The notes under the pieces are model-generated. The model searched no databases. It was not told the origin of the DNA and saw only the letters and a list, made by a program, of their open reading frames with translations. The position numbers were made by a program, and so were the translations under genes. DNA of 64,000 bases from a virus, in the IMG/VR virus record IMGVR_UViG_3300035701_000023, positions 4,303-68,302 of that record. One strand, given 5' to 3'. Positions 10,075-20,663 of the stretch are shown here, in pieces (the stretch's first letter is position 1; the number at the start of each line of letters is the position of its first letter).

Positions 10075-10398
10075 ATGAGTAGATCATATTACGATAGATA
10101 CGAAGAGTTTATACAAGATGGTGAATTTAAAATTGTACCCGGGATTGAAATTCCAATTAAAAAAACTGACAAATACGTAATCTACAAAAAGAGTAAGGAT
10201 AGATTTGATAAAATTTCCGACGATAGTTATGATTCACCCCTTTTCGGTTGGTTAATAATGTTAGCGAATCCGCTAGTGGGGGGACTTGAACATGAAATAC
10301 CGGACAATTTCTTGGTAAGGGTGCCTTTTCCATTGGTCAGCTCTTTACAAGACTATAAAAGGGGTGTAGAATTGTATAAATTGTATTATGGGGAATAA
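10075..10398 (+). CDS. Baseplate wedge LysM-like protein (gp53/P2 gpX-like)
   Basis: DRFDKISDDSYDSPLFGWLIMLANP motif; size and position. Confidence 0.75.
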   Translation: MSRSYYDRYEEFIQDGEFKIVPGIEIPIKKTDKYVIYKKSKDRFDKISDDSYDSPLFGWLIMLANPLVGGLEHEIPDNFLVRVPFPLVSSLQDYKRGVELYKLYYGE

Positions 10399-13300
10399 TG
10401 ATCTATCAAATAATGAGAACATACTTGTTAAAATTGATCACAATAACTTAATTTATGTTGATCCAAATAGTGTTGTAAACAATGGTGAGGTAGAACCAAG
10501 AGGAGTTAAACAAGAAAATTTAGTGATGTATGTTAATTTGGAGGCGGATTTGGTTCCTAGAACCACTTTGGTCGCTGATGGTGATAAAAATACGCTTTTT
10601 TCAGTTGCAAAAGGCACGATTAATCTTCTAAGAAATCAAAAAGACCGGGATTATGACACTACTTGGTCAGACGCATATTTTAATGTGGAGGAAAAAACCA
10701 CAAAAGACATAAAAGGGAATCTTAAAGGTACTGGTGAGTTCTTTCAATCAGATGGTATGGCACAATCATTCGGTATTGATAGTATTAACATCACAACGAA
10801 GGGTTTAAATTCCATTCCACAAGTCACGATCAATTTTATTGATGTAAGAGGAAAGACATTGTTTGAATCACCAGAGAACTCACCATACAAAGCGTTCTTT
10901 CATTTACCTTGGCCAATATTTTATCTAACGGTTAAGGGTTATTATGGTAAAGCAATACGATATAGACTTCACATGGTGAAGTTTAGTACAAAATATAATG
11001 AAAATAATGGTAATTTTGAGATTACCACAAACTTCGTCGGATCTACTTTTGCGTATCTCAATGATATTCCAATCAATGGTATTCTTAACTCACCATACAT
11101 GTACATGATTGAGGAAGAAGTTTCTGAAAAAACATTAAAAGACGGTGTAGAACAGATAAAAGTTAAAAAATCTTCCAAAGGGTATTCAATGTTAAGATCA
11201 ATATACAATGAATACAAACAAAAGGGATTAATTGATAAGAATTTCCCCGTAAGAACGTTACGTGAACTAATTGAAATTGCAAAAAGTCTAGATAAGACAC
11301 TTGAAAGAGAAATTTTTGCTGAAATTGTGGATATGAAAATTTTTTCGGGGGTTAAAGATTTTGAACAGAAAGTAGTTGACTTTGAAACCGCCGTAGAATC
11401 GTGGGCTGAACAATATTTAACATTTGAAAGTTTTTCCATATTGGAAAGTAATTCTCTCACAATAGGGACAGGAACAAATGTTAAATATTTTTATATAAAG
11501 GGGCCCAATAAAACAATAGACAAGTCTATTATTGGATCCGAAATTGTGGGGACACTTGAAAAAATAATAAAAGAAAATATTGATTCTTTAGATAAAATTC
11601 AATTTTCAACTAATTCTAAAGTTGATAAAAAGATTAAATTTACTGAAATAAAAGCGAACAGTTATGTTAAATATTCAAACGGTATTAAACAATATCATAA
11701 TAAAGATAAAGATGGAAAAATTGGTGTTGCAATAGATAAACTTATTGAGGATATAAGAAAAATAATTAATCAATTTAACAAACAAAAATTAAAACTTCAA
11801 GGAGAGGTTGAAGCGGAAATGAATACGATTGTAAGAGATCCAACAAAAGGTATTGGATTTAATCCTACAATCAGAAATATATTTGCAGTGGTTCTTGCAA
11901 ATGCAGAAGTATATATTCGCTTAATGAAGGACGTTCATACACGAGCATTTGATAAGGCAGATGAAAGAAAAGAATTATTAAAAGGATTTAGTGATGAAAC
12001 TCCGGGAGGAAGTTCAATTTATCCGTGGCCAGAAGTAAAAAAGAGCGCGGGAAGTGGATCTAAACATAAAGTGATAGTATATCCCGGTGATAAAGATCTT
12101 GCGCAACAATTACAATCTAGAAATCCCGAATTATGGCCAGAAGTTGATTTCATTGAAAATTATCAAGCAATTGCAACCAAAAAATTTGATACATTATCAG
12201 ATAATGAAGGTGGTGTCGGTAAAATAAACTATGTTTTTGAAAGTAATCAACCCGAAGACTCATTAAGAAAGATCAGTTCATTGAATAATATAATTTATGG
12301 CAATCCATATATAAATAAATCAATTGTTTCTATACTTTATGAGATTTTTGAAAGATCATATTATATAACACTAATCGATTCCTTTAATGATGCCACAATT
12401 AAGGAATTGGCTAATATTGAATTTAAAAATTTAGAAGAAAGTATCAAAGAAGATTTTGATGTGATGGGATTTTTACAAAAAGAAATAAAAGATTCTAGTA
12501 GTCTTTATTTAAGGATGGTACAATTGTCAATATTTGAAAAATATCCATATTTAAAAGATCAACTTCCTACTATTCCATATTTAAATGATAGTTTAAATTC
12601 CCCATTCAGTATTGAACAATATGTCGGAACCATATCTACCGATCATGATACCGATTACCCAAAACTTGAGGATAATTTAAAGAATTATGCTCCAGAAAGT
12701 TATAGAAAAAATATATATCCATTTAATTCGTCATTATACTTAAACTATTTAAATCAAACCACATTTAGTGATGATGAATTCAAATTCGGTGAAGTATTAA
12801 ATGTTAATACACAAGAAGCGTTTATTAGTTCGCCAATTGATCCAACATTATGGGTAAAAGATGGAAGTCAAGCAAATCTTTTCAAAAATGATTTTAATTT
12901 ATCGGGGAAAACAGTAAACATTTTAAACACACCATATTTTCACAAACAATTACAGTCTGAATTTGGAACAAGTGAGAATCGTGGAAAATATGTTGGGTCA
13001 TCATATCTTCTTTTAAACTCATTACCCTTTAAAGATTTGGATGATAGTTTCTTATTATCAAAAATAAAGGTTTCGTCTTTATTTAGGGAAATTGGATCAA
13101 CACATTTTGTTCCATATCACTTAATTTTAAAGTGGGGGTCATTATATCACAGATATAAGAAACAAATCATCGATGGTGTTGATATATTGGATGGGTTTTT
13201 AACCGCATTAAACAAAACGGAAAGTTTTGATGGAAATATGTTCTTTGATAACTATTCTGGAACGACATTCTCAGTATTAGGTACTAACATTACATATTCC

Positions 13301-16126
13301 AACCATAAAGATGTTGGTGTTCACCCTGTTTATGATGCAATATTCCATCAAATAATTAATGGATATACTCACTATGATGTTCTGTCAGGTAACACGTCAT
13401 TTTCAGCAAAAACCAATAATGGTAGTATAGTGATGATTAGTGGAAACACAAATGGTCAGAATTATTGGACAAATTTCGTGGATAACTCAAAATATGATGG
13501 ATCATTAAGATATACCATATTACCTAGTGATGGGTCTAACTTAAAACCAACAAACGATAACTTTTTTGTTAGAGAACAGAGAAGTATGAGATCAATATGG
13601 AAAGAAGAGGTAAATAATGTTAGTTTTAGTGGTTTAACCTTCCCTGCATATAATGAATATGATAGAACATATGTTTCCGGGTCAACAAGGGCAACAGATG
13701 ACAACAAATTTGGAATCTCAACAAATTATAGAAAGGTAATCGACTTAATTGCCACTTTTAGTCCTGATATTTTAAATCAATTTGAGGATATGTTCTTAAC
13801 ATTTGCATCTAATAAATTGGATGAGGAAATAGAGTATAAACAGTTTGGTAATGTTTCATATTATCAATTTCAGGATATATTGAAGGATATTTCTACCGTT
13901 GAAAAATTATCAACCGATACGACGAATATTCAACAGTTAATTGTTGATATAAAAAATAGACAAGATAAAAAACTTGTAGAAATCACTAATAAGATATTAA
14001 GAACAAACAATTTGTTAAGTTTTACCGTTGCAAACCCAAAAGAGATTGATGCTCATGTTATCGGTGGATTTGCAGAGGCGTATCCATCAATAATAATTGA
14101 TAATAATGTACTTGGAGGTAACACATTCTCATATGCAACATTTAACATATCACAAATTGCAGGTAATTCAAAATACATTAAATTGTATGTTGGTGAAGAT
14201 GTGGATGGAAATTATTTACAATTCTTTGCAACAAATGATGTTGAATTGAGTGAAGAGAATGTATTAACATTCAGACCATTAATATTACTTTTTGCGGGGC
14301 TTTATAGTATAAATCCATCGTTAACAAAAATTGATTTTCAAAAATACCTAAGAGATAATGTATTAACCATCCCAACATCAAGAGGGATAAAATTAACAAA
14401 AAGACATGCCCTATTCTTGGATACATTAATACCAAAATTTTCAGGATTTAAGTTTGATGACGCACAACAAACCACGGAGAAAAATGGATACAATGATGAT
14501 CCACTAAAACTAGAGACATATAGTTATTTTAAATCGTTTAACGATAAATGGATTGGGGGGAATTCAATAGGACAAAGAACCCTACTAGAAGAGTTTTTAT
14601 TTTTGGATAAGTCAAATAAAGACATTGGAAACATTGCTTATTTAAATTTAGAAAGATTAATTTCAATAGGGAACACTAAAAATCAGAACACTAACTTATA
14701 TGGGGTTATTTCGATGTTAATTCAGGGAACGGGATTTGATATGAGGGCTCTCCCATCATATGTTAATTTTTACGGTGCCAATTATGGTATAAAAGCTAAA
14801 CCAACACCATCAAAAACGTTAGCGAAGAATTTGTTTGGTACTTTCTTGGAGGTTGACTATCAGGAATCATCTCCAAAAATTATTATACAATATACTGGTC
14901 CAACTTCAAAACATCTTGATCTTTCTAAATACAGTAAAGAATATAAATTCGTGGATGATAGTTTCAACATGGGTAACATTAATAATCATCCATTGGTGTT
15001 AACAGCCCCAGAGGTATTTAACACCGGTGATCTCTATAGGTCAAACAGGGTAGTTGCGTTTGAGGTAAGTTTTGGTGATCAATACCAATCAATTTTCAAG
15101 GGAGTTCAACTTGATCAAGCATCCATTAAAAACACAACAGAGGCGTTTATTGCTCAAGAAAATCTAGCCAGAGCTGAATCAGGAGCAAACGCATATCAAG
15201 TAGATATTGGATTATTTGACATATATCGACAATCATCATACACTTGTGCGGTTACATGTATGGGTAATGTAATGATACAACCAACAATGTATTTCTATCT
15301 TAAGAATATACCAATGTTCAAGGGATCATATTGGATTAAAGAGGTTACACATAACATCAAAGGAAACTCAATATCGACCACGTTTACCGGAGTAAGAATA
15401 CCTTATGCTTCGCTTCCTGATCCAAAAGATTCGTTCATGGCAACGTATAAACCGTTCTTTGATGCAATAACCAATAAGGCAATAATAAGACAAAATAAAA
15501 TAGATAAAAATCCAACCTTACAAAAGTCAATAAAAACTAATGACGGTAAAAATGTATCTATTATTGTTTTAAATAAAGAAACGTTGAATAATATCATTAA
15601 TAGATCGGGAATAAGTGACTATGGTATTCCGTTTAATGGTGGGGGAATTAATCAAGAACAATACATCCAATTAATTAAATATAATGGTGAAGAATGGTTA
15701 GAGGCCGTTGCCGTCGAAATGGGAGGAAGTAATTATACGCCGCCAGTACCATTATCAATATTTAACAAAGTCACTAATCCTCCAACCAATCCGTTGTATT
15801 TTAGTGAACTTAATAAAGACAGTCAGGGAAACTACAGAGACTTGGATTTCTATGCCACAAGATTCCAACTTGACACAGGTATACCAAATATGTTAACGGG
15901 ATGTACAACTGATTTTTTTAATCCTAAAAATGGAATCTCACGTAGTGGCCTAGAATCGAGTAATCAATTAATATCAACACCAAGACGTGCAACTGGCGCG
16001 GTTCACGTTGGTCCAAATAGTGAAGAATATGGTATTGCACTATCAAGATCCCTAATGACTAAATTAAAATTGGTTGATGGGGATGTTGTATATTTTAAGA
16101 TAAGGAATGATAAGTACGATCATTAA
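10388..16126 (+). CDS. Large baseplate hub protein (gp27/VgrG/late-control D-like)
   Basis: N-terminal FGIDSINI...PQVTINFIDVRG; C-terminal YTCAVTCMGNVMIQPTMYFYL...GSYWIKEVTHNI...TTFTGVR hub motif. Confidence 0.7.
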   Translation: MGNNDLSNNENILVKIDHNNLIYVDPNSVVNNGEVEPRGVKQENLVMYVNLEADLVPRTTLVADGDKNTLFSVAKGTINLLRNQKDRDYDTTWSDAYFNVEEKTTKDIKGNLKGTGEFFQSDGMAQSFGIDSINITTKGLNSIPQVTINFIDVRGKTLFESPENSPYKAFFHLPWPIFYLTVKGYYGKAIRYRLHMVKFSTKYNENNGNFEITTNFVGSTFAYLNDIPINGILNSPYMYMIEEEVSEKTLKDGVEQIKVKKSSKGYSMLRSIYNEYKQKGLIDKNFPVRTLRELIEIAKSLDKTLEREIFAEIVDMKIFSGVKDFEQKVVDFETAVESWAEQYLTFESFSILESNSLTIGTGTNVKYFYIKGPNKTIDKSIIGSEIVGTLEKIIKENIDSLDKIQFSTNSKVDKKIKFTEIKANSYVKYSNGIKQYHNKDKDGKIGVAIDKLIEDIRKIINQFNKQKLKLQGEVEAEMNTIVRDPTKGIGFNPTIRNIFAVVLANAEVYIRLMKDVHTRAFDKADERKELLKGFSDETPGGSSIYPWPEVKKSAGSGSKHKVIVYPGDKDLAQQLQSRNPELWPEVDFIENYQAIATKKFDTLSDNEGGVGKINYVFESNQPEDSLRKISSLNNIIYGNPYINKSIVSILYEIFERSYYITLIDSFNDATIKELANIEFKNLEESIKEDFDVMGFLQKEIKDSSSLYLRMVQLSIFEKYPYLKDQLPTIPYLNDSLNSPFSIEQYVGTISTDHDTDYPKLEDNLKNYAPESYRKNIYPFNSSLYLNYLNQTTFSDDEFKFGEVLNVNTQEAFISSPIDPTLWVKDGSQANLFKNDFNLSGKTVNILNTPYFHKQLQSEFGTSENRGKYVGSSYLLLNSLPFKDLDDSFLLSKIKVSSLFREIGSTHFVPYHLILKWGSLYHRYKKQIIDGVDILDGFLTALNKTESFDGNMFFDNYSGTTFSVLGTNITYSNHKDVGVHPVYDAIFHQIINGYTHYDVLSGNTSFSAKTNNGSIVMISGNTNGQNYWTNFVDNSKYDGSLRYTILPSDGSNLKPTNDNFFVREQRSMRSIWKEEVNNVSFSGLTFPAYNEYDRTYVSGSTRATDDNKFGISTNYRKVIDLIATFSPDILNQFEDMFLTFASNKLDEEIEYKQFGNVSYYQFQDILKDISTVEKLSTDTTNIQQLIVDIKNRQDKKLVEITNKILRTNNLLSFTVANPKEIDAHVIGGFAEAYPSIIIDNNVLGGNTFSYATFNISQIAGNSKYIKLYVGEDVDGNYLQFFATNDVELSEENVLTFRPLILLFAGLYSINPSLTKIDFQKYLRDNVLTIPTSRGIKLTKRHALFLDTLIPKFSGFKFDDAQQTTEKNGYNDDPLKLETYSYFKSFNDKWIGGNSIGQRTLLEEFLFLDKSNKDIGNIAYLNLERLISIGNTKNQNTNLYGVISMLIQGTGFDMRALPSYVNFYGANYGIKAKPTPSKTLAKNLFGTFLEVDYQESSPKIIIQYTGPTSKHLDLSKYSKEYKFVDDSFNMGNINNHPLVLTAPEVFNTGDLYRSNRVVAFEVSFGDQYQSIFKGVQLDQASIKNTTEAFIAQENLARAESGANAYQVDIGLFDIYRQSSYTCAVTCMGNVMIQPTMYFYLKNIPMFKGSYWIKEVTHNIKGNSISTTFTGVRIPYASLPDPKDSFMATYKPFFDAITNKAIIRQNKIDKNPTLQKSIKTNDGKNVSIIVLNKETLNNIINRSGISDYGIPFNGGGINQEQYIQLIKYNGEEWLEAVAVEMGGSNYTPPVPLSIFNKVTNPPTNPLYFSELNKDSQGNYRDLDFYATRFQLDTGIPNMLTGCTTDFFNPKNGISRSGLESSNQLISTPRRATGAVHVGPNSEEYGIALSRSLMTKLKLVDGDVVYFKIRNDKYDH

Positions 16127-16155
16127 CAAAAATTGAGATATTTATATAAAAAAGA

Positions 16156-16359
16156 ATGCAAAATCCTAAATTAAATGACGCGGTTGAACAATTCTTAAAT
16201 CCCAAGATAGTTACCCCTATTTCTGATGACGATAAAGATCAGGAAGTATGTGACCTACAAACGGGAGAATGTTATGTAATAAGAACCAAAGATGGAATTG
16301 TTGAAAGAATAAATAAAACTTATGTCACCGAAGACGGTAGACAATTACTACAAGACTAA
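16156..16359 (+). CDS. Small late protein of unknown function
   Basis: 67 aa; TATTTAT at 16139-16145; EVCDLQTGECYV. Confidence 0.7.
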   Translation: MQNPKLNDAVEQFLNPKIVTPISDDDKDQEVCDLQTGECYVIRTKDGIVERINKTYVTEDGRQLLQD

Positions 16360-16363
16360 AGTT

Positions 16364-17074
16364 ATGTTAGAGAAAAAACTACAGGAGGAACTTGATCGTT
16401 TTAGAAGTATTAACAAATACGCTAGAAAATTAATGATGGAACAAGATGTTCCACCACCCCCAGAAGAAACCCCACCACCACCTCCACCACCCGGAGGAGA
16501 CGCTCCCGCAGAGGACGTTCCACCACCCCCAGATGCTACGGCACCCGGAGATGACACACCACCCCCTCCACCCGGTGGAGAGGCACCAATGACAGATCCA
16601 TCAATACCATCAGATACCGGTATGGGTGGAGAGGATACACAGGAAATGGATATAACTGATTTGGTTAACATGACCACGAGTATCAAAAAAGATCTTGAAG
16701 CACATACACAGGACAATGGTACCGTTATCGCTAAAATGGACGATGTGTTTACCAAGTTAACGGATCTTGAACACCAACTATCTCAAATGGATAATGTAAT
16801 AGCAAAGATTGATGAATTGGGAGCAAAGGTAGAAACAATGAAAGATAAAACACCTGAAGAAAAATTAGAAATGAGATCATTAGATTCCTACCCATTTAAC
16901 CAAAATCCACAAGAATTCTTCGCAAAGAAACAAGAAGATATGAGGTCAAGTGGTAAGAATGAATATGTTCTAACAAAGGGTGATGTTCAAGATTATTCAA
17001 TTGACTCCGTTAAGAAATCTTTTAATCCGAATGACGAAGAACAGGACGACCAAGAATTGGGTCAACGATTTTAA
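16364..17074 (+). CDS. Proline-rich/coiled-coil protein, probable head-internal or scaffold-type
   Basis: ATG at 16364, just after the upstream stop, is the likely start; N-terminal LQEELDRFRSINKY, poly-Pro acidic tract, heptad region. Confidence 0.65.
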   Translation: MLEKKLQEELDRFRSINKYARKLMMEQDVPPPPEETPPPPPPPGGDAPAEDVPPPPDATAPGDDTPPPPPGGEAPMTDPSIPSDTGMGGEDTQEMDITDLVNMTTSIKKDLEAHTQDNGTVIAKMDDVFTKLTDLEHQLSQMDNVIAKIDELGAKVETMKDKTPEEKLEMRSLDSYPFNQNPQEFFAKKQEDMRSSGKNEYVLTKGDVQDYSIDSVKKSFNPNDEEQDDQELGQRF

Positions 17075-17101
17075 CCCACAAAAATATTTTAAAAAAAGAT
17101 T

Positions 17102-17141
17102 AAGCCAGATTTTACATTCTGGCTTTTTTTATGTATATTTT
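17102..17141 (+). terminator. Terminator hairpin overlapping an early-type promoter for ssb
   Basis: AAGCCAGA...TCTGGCTT plus T run (17102-17130); TATATTTT at 17134-17141. Confidence 0.6.
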
Positions 17142-17176
17142 ATTATAAACAATTAAATAAATTTAAAAAAAAACTT

Positions 17177-18034
17177 ATGTCAGTATTAGAATCAGTACTC
17201 GCACAGTACGAAAAAAACAAGCAAGCCACAAGTGGTAATAACAATTTTTCTGAAGAAGAAAGAATGAAAAAGTACTTCACCACAGTTCTCGGAAAGGGAG
17301 TAACTACAGAAGAAAGACGTATTCGTATTCTTCCTCCAGCAGATGGAACAACACCATTCGTTGAAGTTAAATTCCACGAAGTTCAGGTAGGTGGAAAATG
17401 GGTAAAATTATGGGATCCAGCACAAGAAGGAAAAAAATCTCCATTAAATGAAGTGGCTGAGGGTTTAAAAATGACTGGTGATCCAAATGACGCTGAACTC
17501 GCTAAAAGCTATTATTCACGCAAATTCTTTATTGTTAAAGTGATTGATAGAAATCATGAACAAGATGGTCCAAAATTCTGGAGATTTAAATTTAATTCTA
17601 AAGGTGATGGTGCCATTGACAAGATATTACCCATCTGGAGGAATAAGGGGGACATTACAGACCCAGAAAAAGGTCGCGACCTTATCCTCACCCTAACTCT
17701 AACTAAGTCAGGAAAGGGAAAAGAATACACCGTGGTTAGTTCTGTAATCCCTGAAGATATAGGTCCATTAAGTACCGATCCTGAACAAGCAAAAGTTTGG
17801 TTGGATAACAAATCAGTTTGGTCAGATGTTTATTCTAAAAAAGGTGAAGATTACCTTGAAATGGTTGCTAAAGGTGAAACGCCTAAATGGGATAGAGATG
17901 CTAAAAAATGGGTTTCAGATTCAACTGGTGAAATTAATATAAACGGAACGGGGGCATCGGCTACCGCGTCGCCAACCATTCCGACCGTTGATCCACAGGA
18001 TACCGAAGAACCAAGTGACGAATTACCATTCTAA
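17177..18034 (+). CDS. ssb: Single-stranded DNA-binding protein (T4 gp32-like)
   Basis: RIRILP, KVIDR...GPKFWRF, GDITDPEKGRDL; acidic C-terminal DELPF tail. Confidence 0.85.
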   Translation: MSVLESVLAQYEKNKQATSGNNNFSEEERMKKYFTTVLGKGVTTEERRIRILPPADGTTPFVEVKFHEVQVGGKWVKLWDPAQEGKKSPLNEVAEGLKMTGDPNDAELAKSYYSRKFFIVKVIDRNHEQDGPKFWRFKFNSKGDGAIDKILPIWRNKGDITDPEKGRDLILTLTLTKSGKGKEYTVVSSVIPEDIGPLSTDPEQAKVWLDNKSVWSDVYSKKGEDYLEMVAKGETPKWDRDAKKWVSDSTGEININGTGASATASPTIPTVDPQDTEEPSDELPF

Positions 18035-18040
18035 TTTATT

Positions 18041-18103
18041 GAGTTTGGGTGTATAGTATCATATAGTATCATAACTTTTCACATATACATCCAAACTCTT
18101 TTT
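18041..18103 (+). terminator. Long intergenic hairpin/terminator between ssb and recA
   Basis: 15-bp stem GAGTTTGGGTGTATA / TATACATCCAAACTC followed by a T run. Confidence 0.6.
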
Positions 18104-18122
18104 CATTAAAAAAACAAGTACA

Positions 18123-19145
18123 ATGGCCAAGGACAAAGAAATTAAGAAAAAAACATTCGACTATATTGCTGAATTTTCAAGTGACACAAAATATAAAGAA
18201 GAAAATTTTTATAACTGTGGAGACGCATTTTTAAATGCGTGTGGTGTTCCGGGGCCAATCATGGGAGGAATAAACATGTTTTTGGGTCACACTAATTCCT
18301 CAAAAACAACAGCAATGATTTTAGCGGCGGTAGACGCTCAAAAAAAGGGTCACCTACCAATTTTCATTATTACCGAAAAGAAATGGGATTGGATACACGC
18401 TAAACAACTTGGGTTACAAGTATCTCAAGACGAAACGGGAAAATGGGTTGGAGATTTTATTTTTAACGATAGTTTTGATTATATTGAACAAATAACAGAT
18501 TTTATTAATAAAATTTTGGATTATCAAATTGCGGGAAAGATTGATAGATCAATAGTGTTTTTGTGGGATTCAGTTGGTTCTATTCCTTGTAAAATGACAT
18601 TTGATGGTAAGGGTGGAAAACAACATAATGCGTCGGTATTAGCTGATAAAATTGGAATGGGAATTAGTTCAAGAATTTCAAATTCAAAAAAAGAAGATTA
18701 CCCAACAAAAGAAAATCCATTATACGCCACATTAGTTATCGTTAATCAACCGTGGGTGGATATTCCATTAACAAAATTTGAAGGATTACCTGAAATTAAG
18801 GCTAAAGGTGGAAACGCTATCTGGCACGCATGTACTCTTGTGTTCTTGTTTGGTAAACAAAAAAAGGCAGGAATTAATCCAATTGATGCAACAAAAAATG
18901 GAAAGAAAATTGTTTATGCAATTAGAACAAGAGTATCGGTTATAAAGAATCACATGAATGGTTTACAATTGAAGGGTGGTAAAATAATTGTAGTACCACA
19001 AGGATATATTTTCGACACAAAAGACGCTATGGAGGAATATAAAAAAGAATATTCTAAATTTTGGGATGATATTTTAGGTGCTGGCGGGGAATTAATAATA
19101 ACTGACACCCACAAAGAAGAAGATGAGGATGATGATGATGATTAA
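18123..19145 (+). CDS. recA: RecA/UvsX-like recombinase
   Basis: Walker A-like GHTNSSKTT, catalytic E (ITEKKW), Walker B FLWDSVG, IVNQ, KGGNAI, IKNH; acidic tail. Confidence 0.85.
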   Translation: MAKDKEIKKKTFDYIAEFSSDTKYKEENFYNCGDAFLNACGVPGPIMGGINMFLGHTNSSKTTAMILAAVDAQKKGHLPIFIITEKKWDWIHAKQLGLQVSQDETGKWVGDFIFNDSFDYIEQITDFINKILDYQIAGKIDRSIVFLWDSVGSIPCKMTFDGKGGKQHNASVLADKIGMGISSRISNSKKEDYPTKENPLYATLVIVNQPWVDIPLTKFEGLPEIKAKGGNAIWHACTLVFLFGKQKKAGINPIDATKNGKKIVYAIRTRVSVIKNHMNGLQLKGGKIIVVPQGYIFDTKDAMEEYKKEYSKFWDDILGAGGELIITDTHKEEDEDDDDD

Positions 19146-19181
19146 GAAAAAAGATTTTTTAATATAATAATTTAATGATAA

Positions 19182-20201
19182 ATGACAACCCTGCTTGTTG
19201 ATGGAGACAATTTACTTACCATAGGATTTTATGGAGTTAAGAATTATTTCTATAAGGGTAAACACATTGGTGGTATCTACCATTTTTTAAATACTTTAAG
19301 AAAATCATTTGAAACCTATAAATTAGAAAAGATCGTTGTTTTTTGGGATGGTGAAGAAAATACTTTATCACGTAAAAAGATTTACGCACAATATAAAGAA
19401 GGAACAAAACCCCGGTTTAAAAGTGAAGAAGAGAAGGGTTCTTATAATTACCAAAAAAATAGGATTAAACAATATCTCGAAGAGGTCTTCGTGAGACAGG
19501 GTGAATATCAATACTGTGAGACGGATGATTGTATTGCATACTATGTTCAAAATTCACCCGGGGAAAAGAAAATTATTTATTCGTCTGATGGAGATCTAGC
19601 TCAGCTGGTCTCAGAATTTACAACCCTCTATAATCCATCACATCATAAAGAATATAAACCAAATGATTTATTTACATATCATCATGAAGAGGTATTAATA
19701 GAGAACATCAAAATAGTTAAAATGATATGTGGAGATCCATCAGATAACATCTCTGGAATTAGAAACCTAGGAATAAAAAGATTTATTAGTTTTTTTCCAG
19801 AGGTTAAAACCCACCCGATGACATTAACCGGGATAATTAATAGATCAAATATTTTGTTTGAGGATGATAAACATAATAAAACTCTTGCAAATTTATTAAC
19901 TGGAGTAACTAAGTATGGTGTCTTTGGAGATGAATTTTTTGAAATAAATAACAAAATAGTGAATCTTGATGATCCACTTTTAACTGAAGAAGCGAAGGAT
20001 GACATTGATGGGTTGATTGGAGGAATTTTGGACCCTGACGGTAGATCATATAAAAATACAATAAGGATGATGACAGAAGATGGTCTATTTAAGGTTTTAC
20101 CTAAATATGACGATGCGTGGACAAACTTTTTTAATCCATTTTTACGATTAACAAGAAAAGAAAAAAATAAGAGAATAATTAAAATTAGAAATTATGAGTA
20201 A
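19182..20201 (+). CDS. 5'-3' exonuclease / flap endonuclease (T4 RNase H, Pol I N-terminal-like)
   Basis: LLVDGDNL, VFWDG, RKKIYAQYK, ETDDCIA, SSDGDLAQL, GDPSDNISGIRNLGIK. Confidence 0.92.
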   Translation: MTTLLVDGDNLLTIGFYGVKNYFYKGKHIGGIYHFLNTLRKSFETYKLEKIVVFWDGEENTLSRKKIYAQYKEGTKPRFKSEEEKGSYNYQKNRIKQYLEEVFVRQGEYQYCETDDCIAYYVQNSPGEKKIIYSSDGDLAQLVSEFTTLYNPSHHKEYKPNDLFTYHHEEVLIENIKIVKMICGDPSDNISGIRNLGIKRFISFFPEVKTHPMTLTGIINRSNILFEDDKHNKTLANLLTGVTKYGVFGDEFFEINNKIVNLDDPLLTEEAKDDIDGLIGGILDPDGRSYKNTIRMMTEDGLFKVLPKYDDAWTNFFNPFLRLTRKEKNKRIIKIRNYE

Positions 20202-20643
20202 TAATCAAGAAATAACAAAATTTGAGTTTTTATTGACATTGGAAGGTAATATTATATGTCAAAGATTTTTCAATGTAAAGGGTCATAACCCCGTTTCCAG
20301 AAGATCTATGGATCTCCATTATTATATAAAAGAAATTTGTTCACATATCTCGGAAGATTTAAAAATAAAAAGTTCCGACTATCTATGTGAAAATCAAAAT
20401 TATTTATCAAATTTCGACCATGTGGAAGGTGATGTTGATAAAAAAAATGAACATTTTTTAATGGAAATTAAGCTCGGAGACGACGTATTTATTCAAAGAA
20501 TATTCCCAGCATATTACTATCACCCAAAGGTAAGGTATACTGTGGATATTAGGCCGCGGCTTAAGATAATATTACAGAATTTGACAGATATATTGTCACT
20601 GGAAGAGCTTGAGACGAGTTACCTACAGCACGAATTAAATTAA
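20194..20643 (+). CDS. Hypothetical protein in replication cluster
   Basis: 149-aa ORF coupled between exonuclease and helicase. Confidence 0.7.
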   Translation: MSNNQEITKFEFLLTLEGNIICQRFFNVKGHNPVSRRSMDLHYYIKEICSHISEDLKIKSSDYLCENQNYLSNFDHVEGDVDKKNEHFLMEIKLGDDVFIQRIFPAYYYHPKVRYTVDIRPRLKIILQNLTDILSLEELETSYLQHELN

Positions 20644-20663
20644 TGAATATTATATAATCTTTT

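Noticed and set aside
16348-16755. Antisense Gly-rich ORF (and the Ser/Phe-rich antisense ORF 54027-54740)
   Set aside because: Mirror images of poly-Pro and Glu/Lys-rich sense genes.
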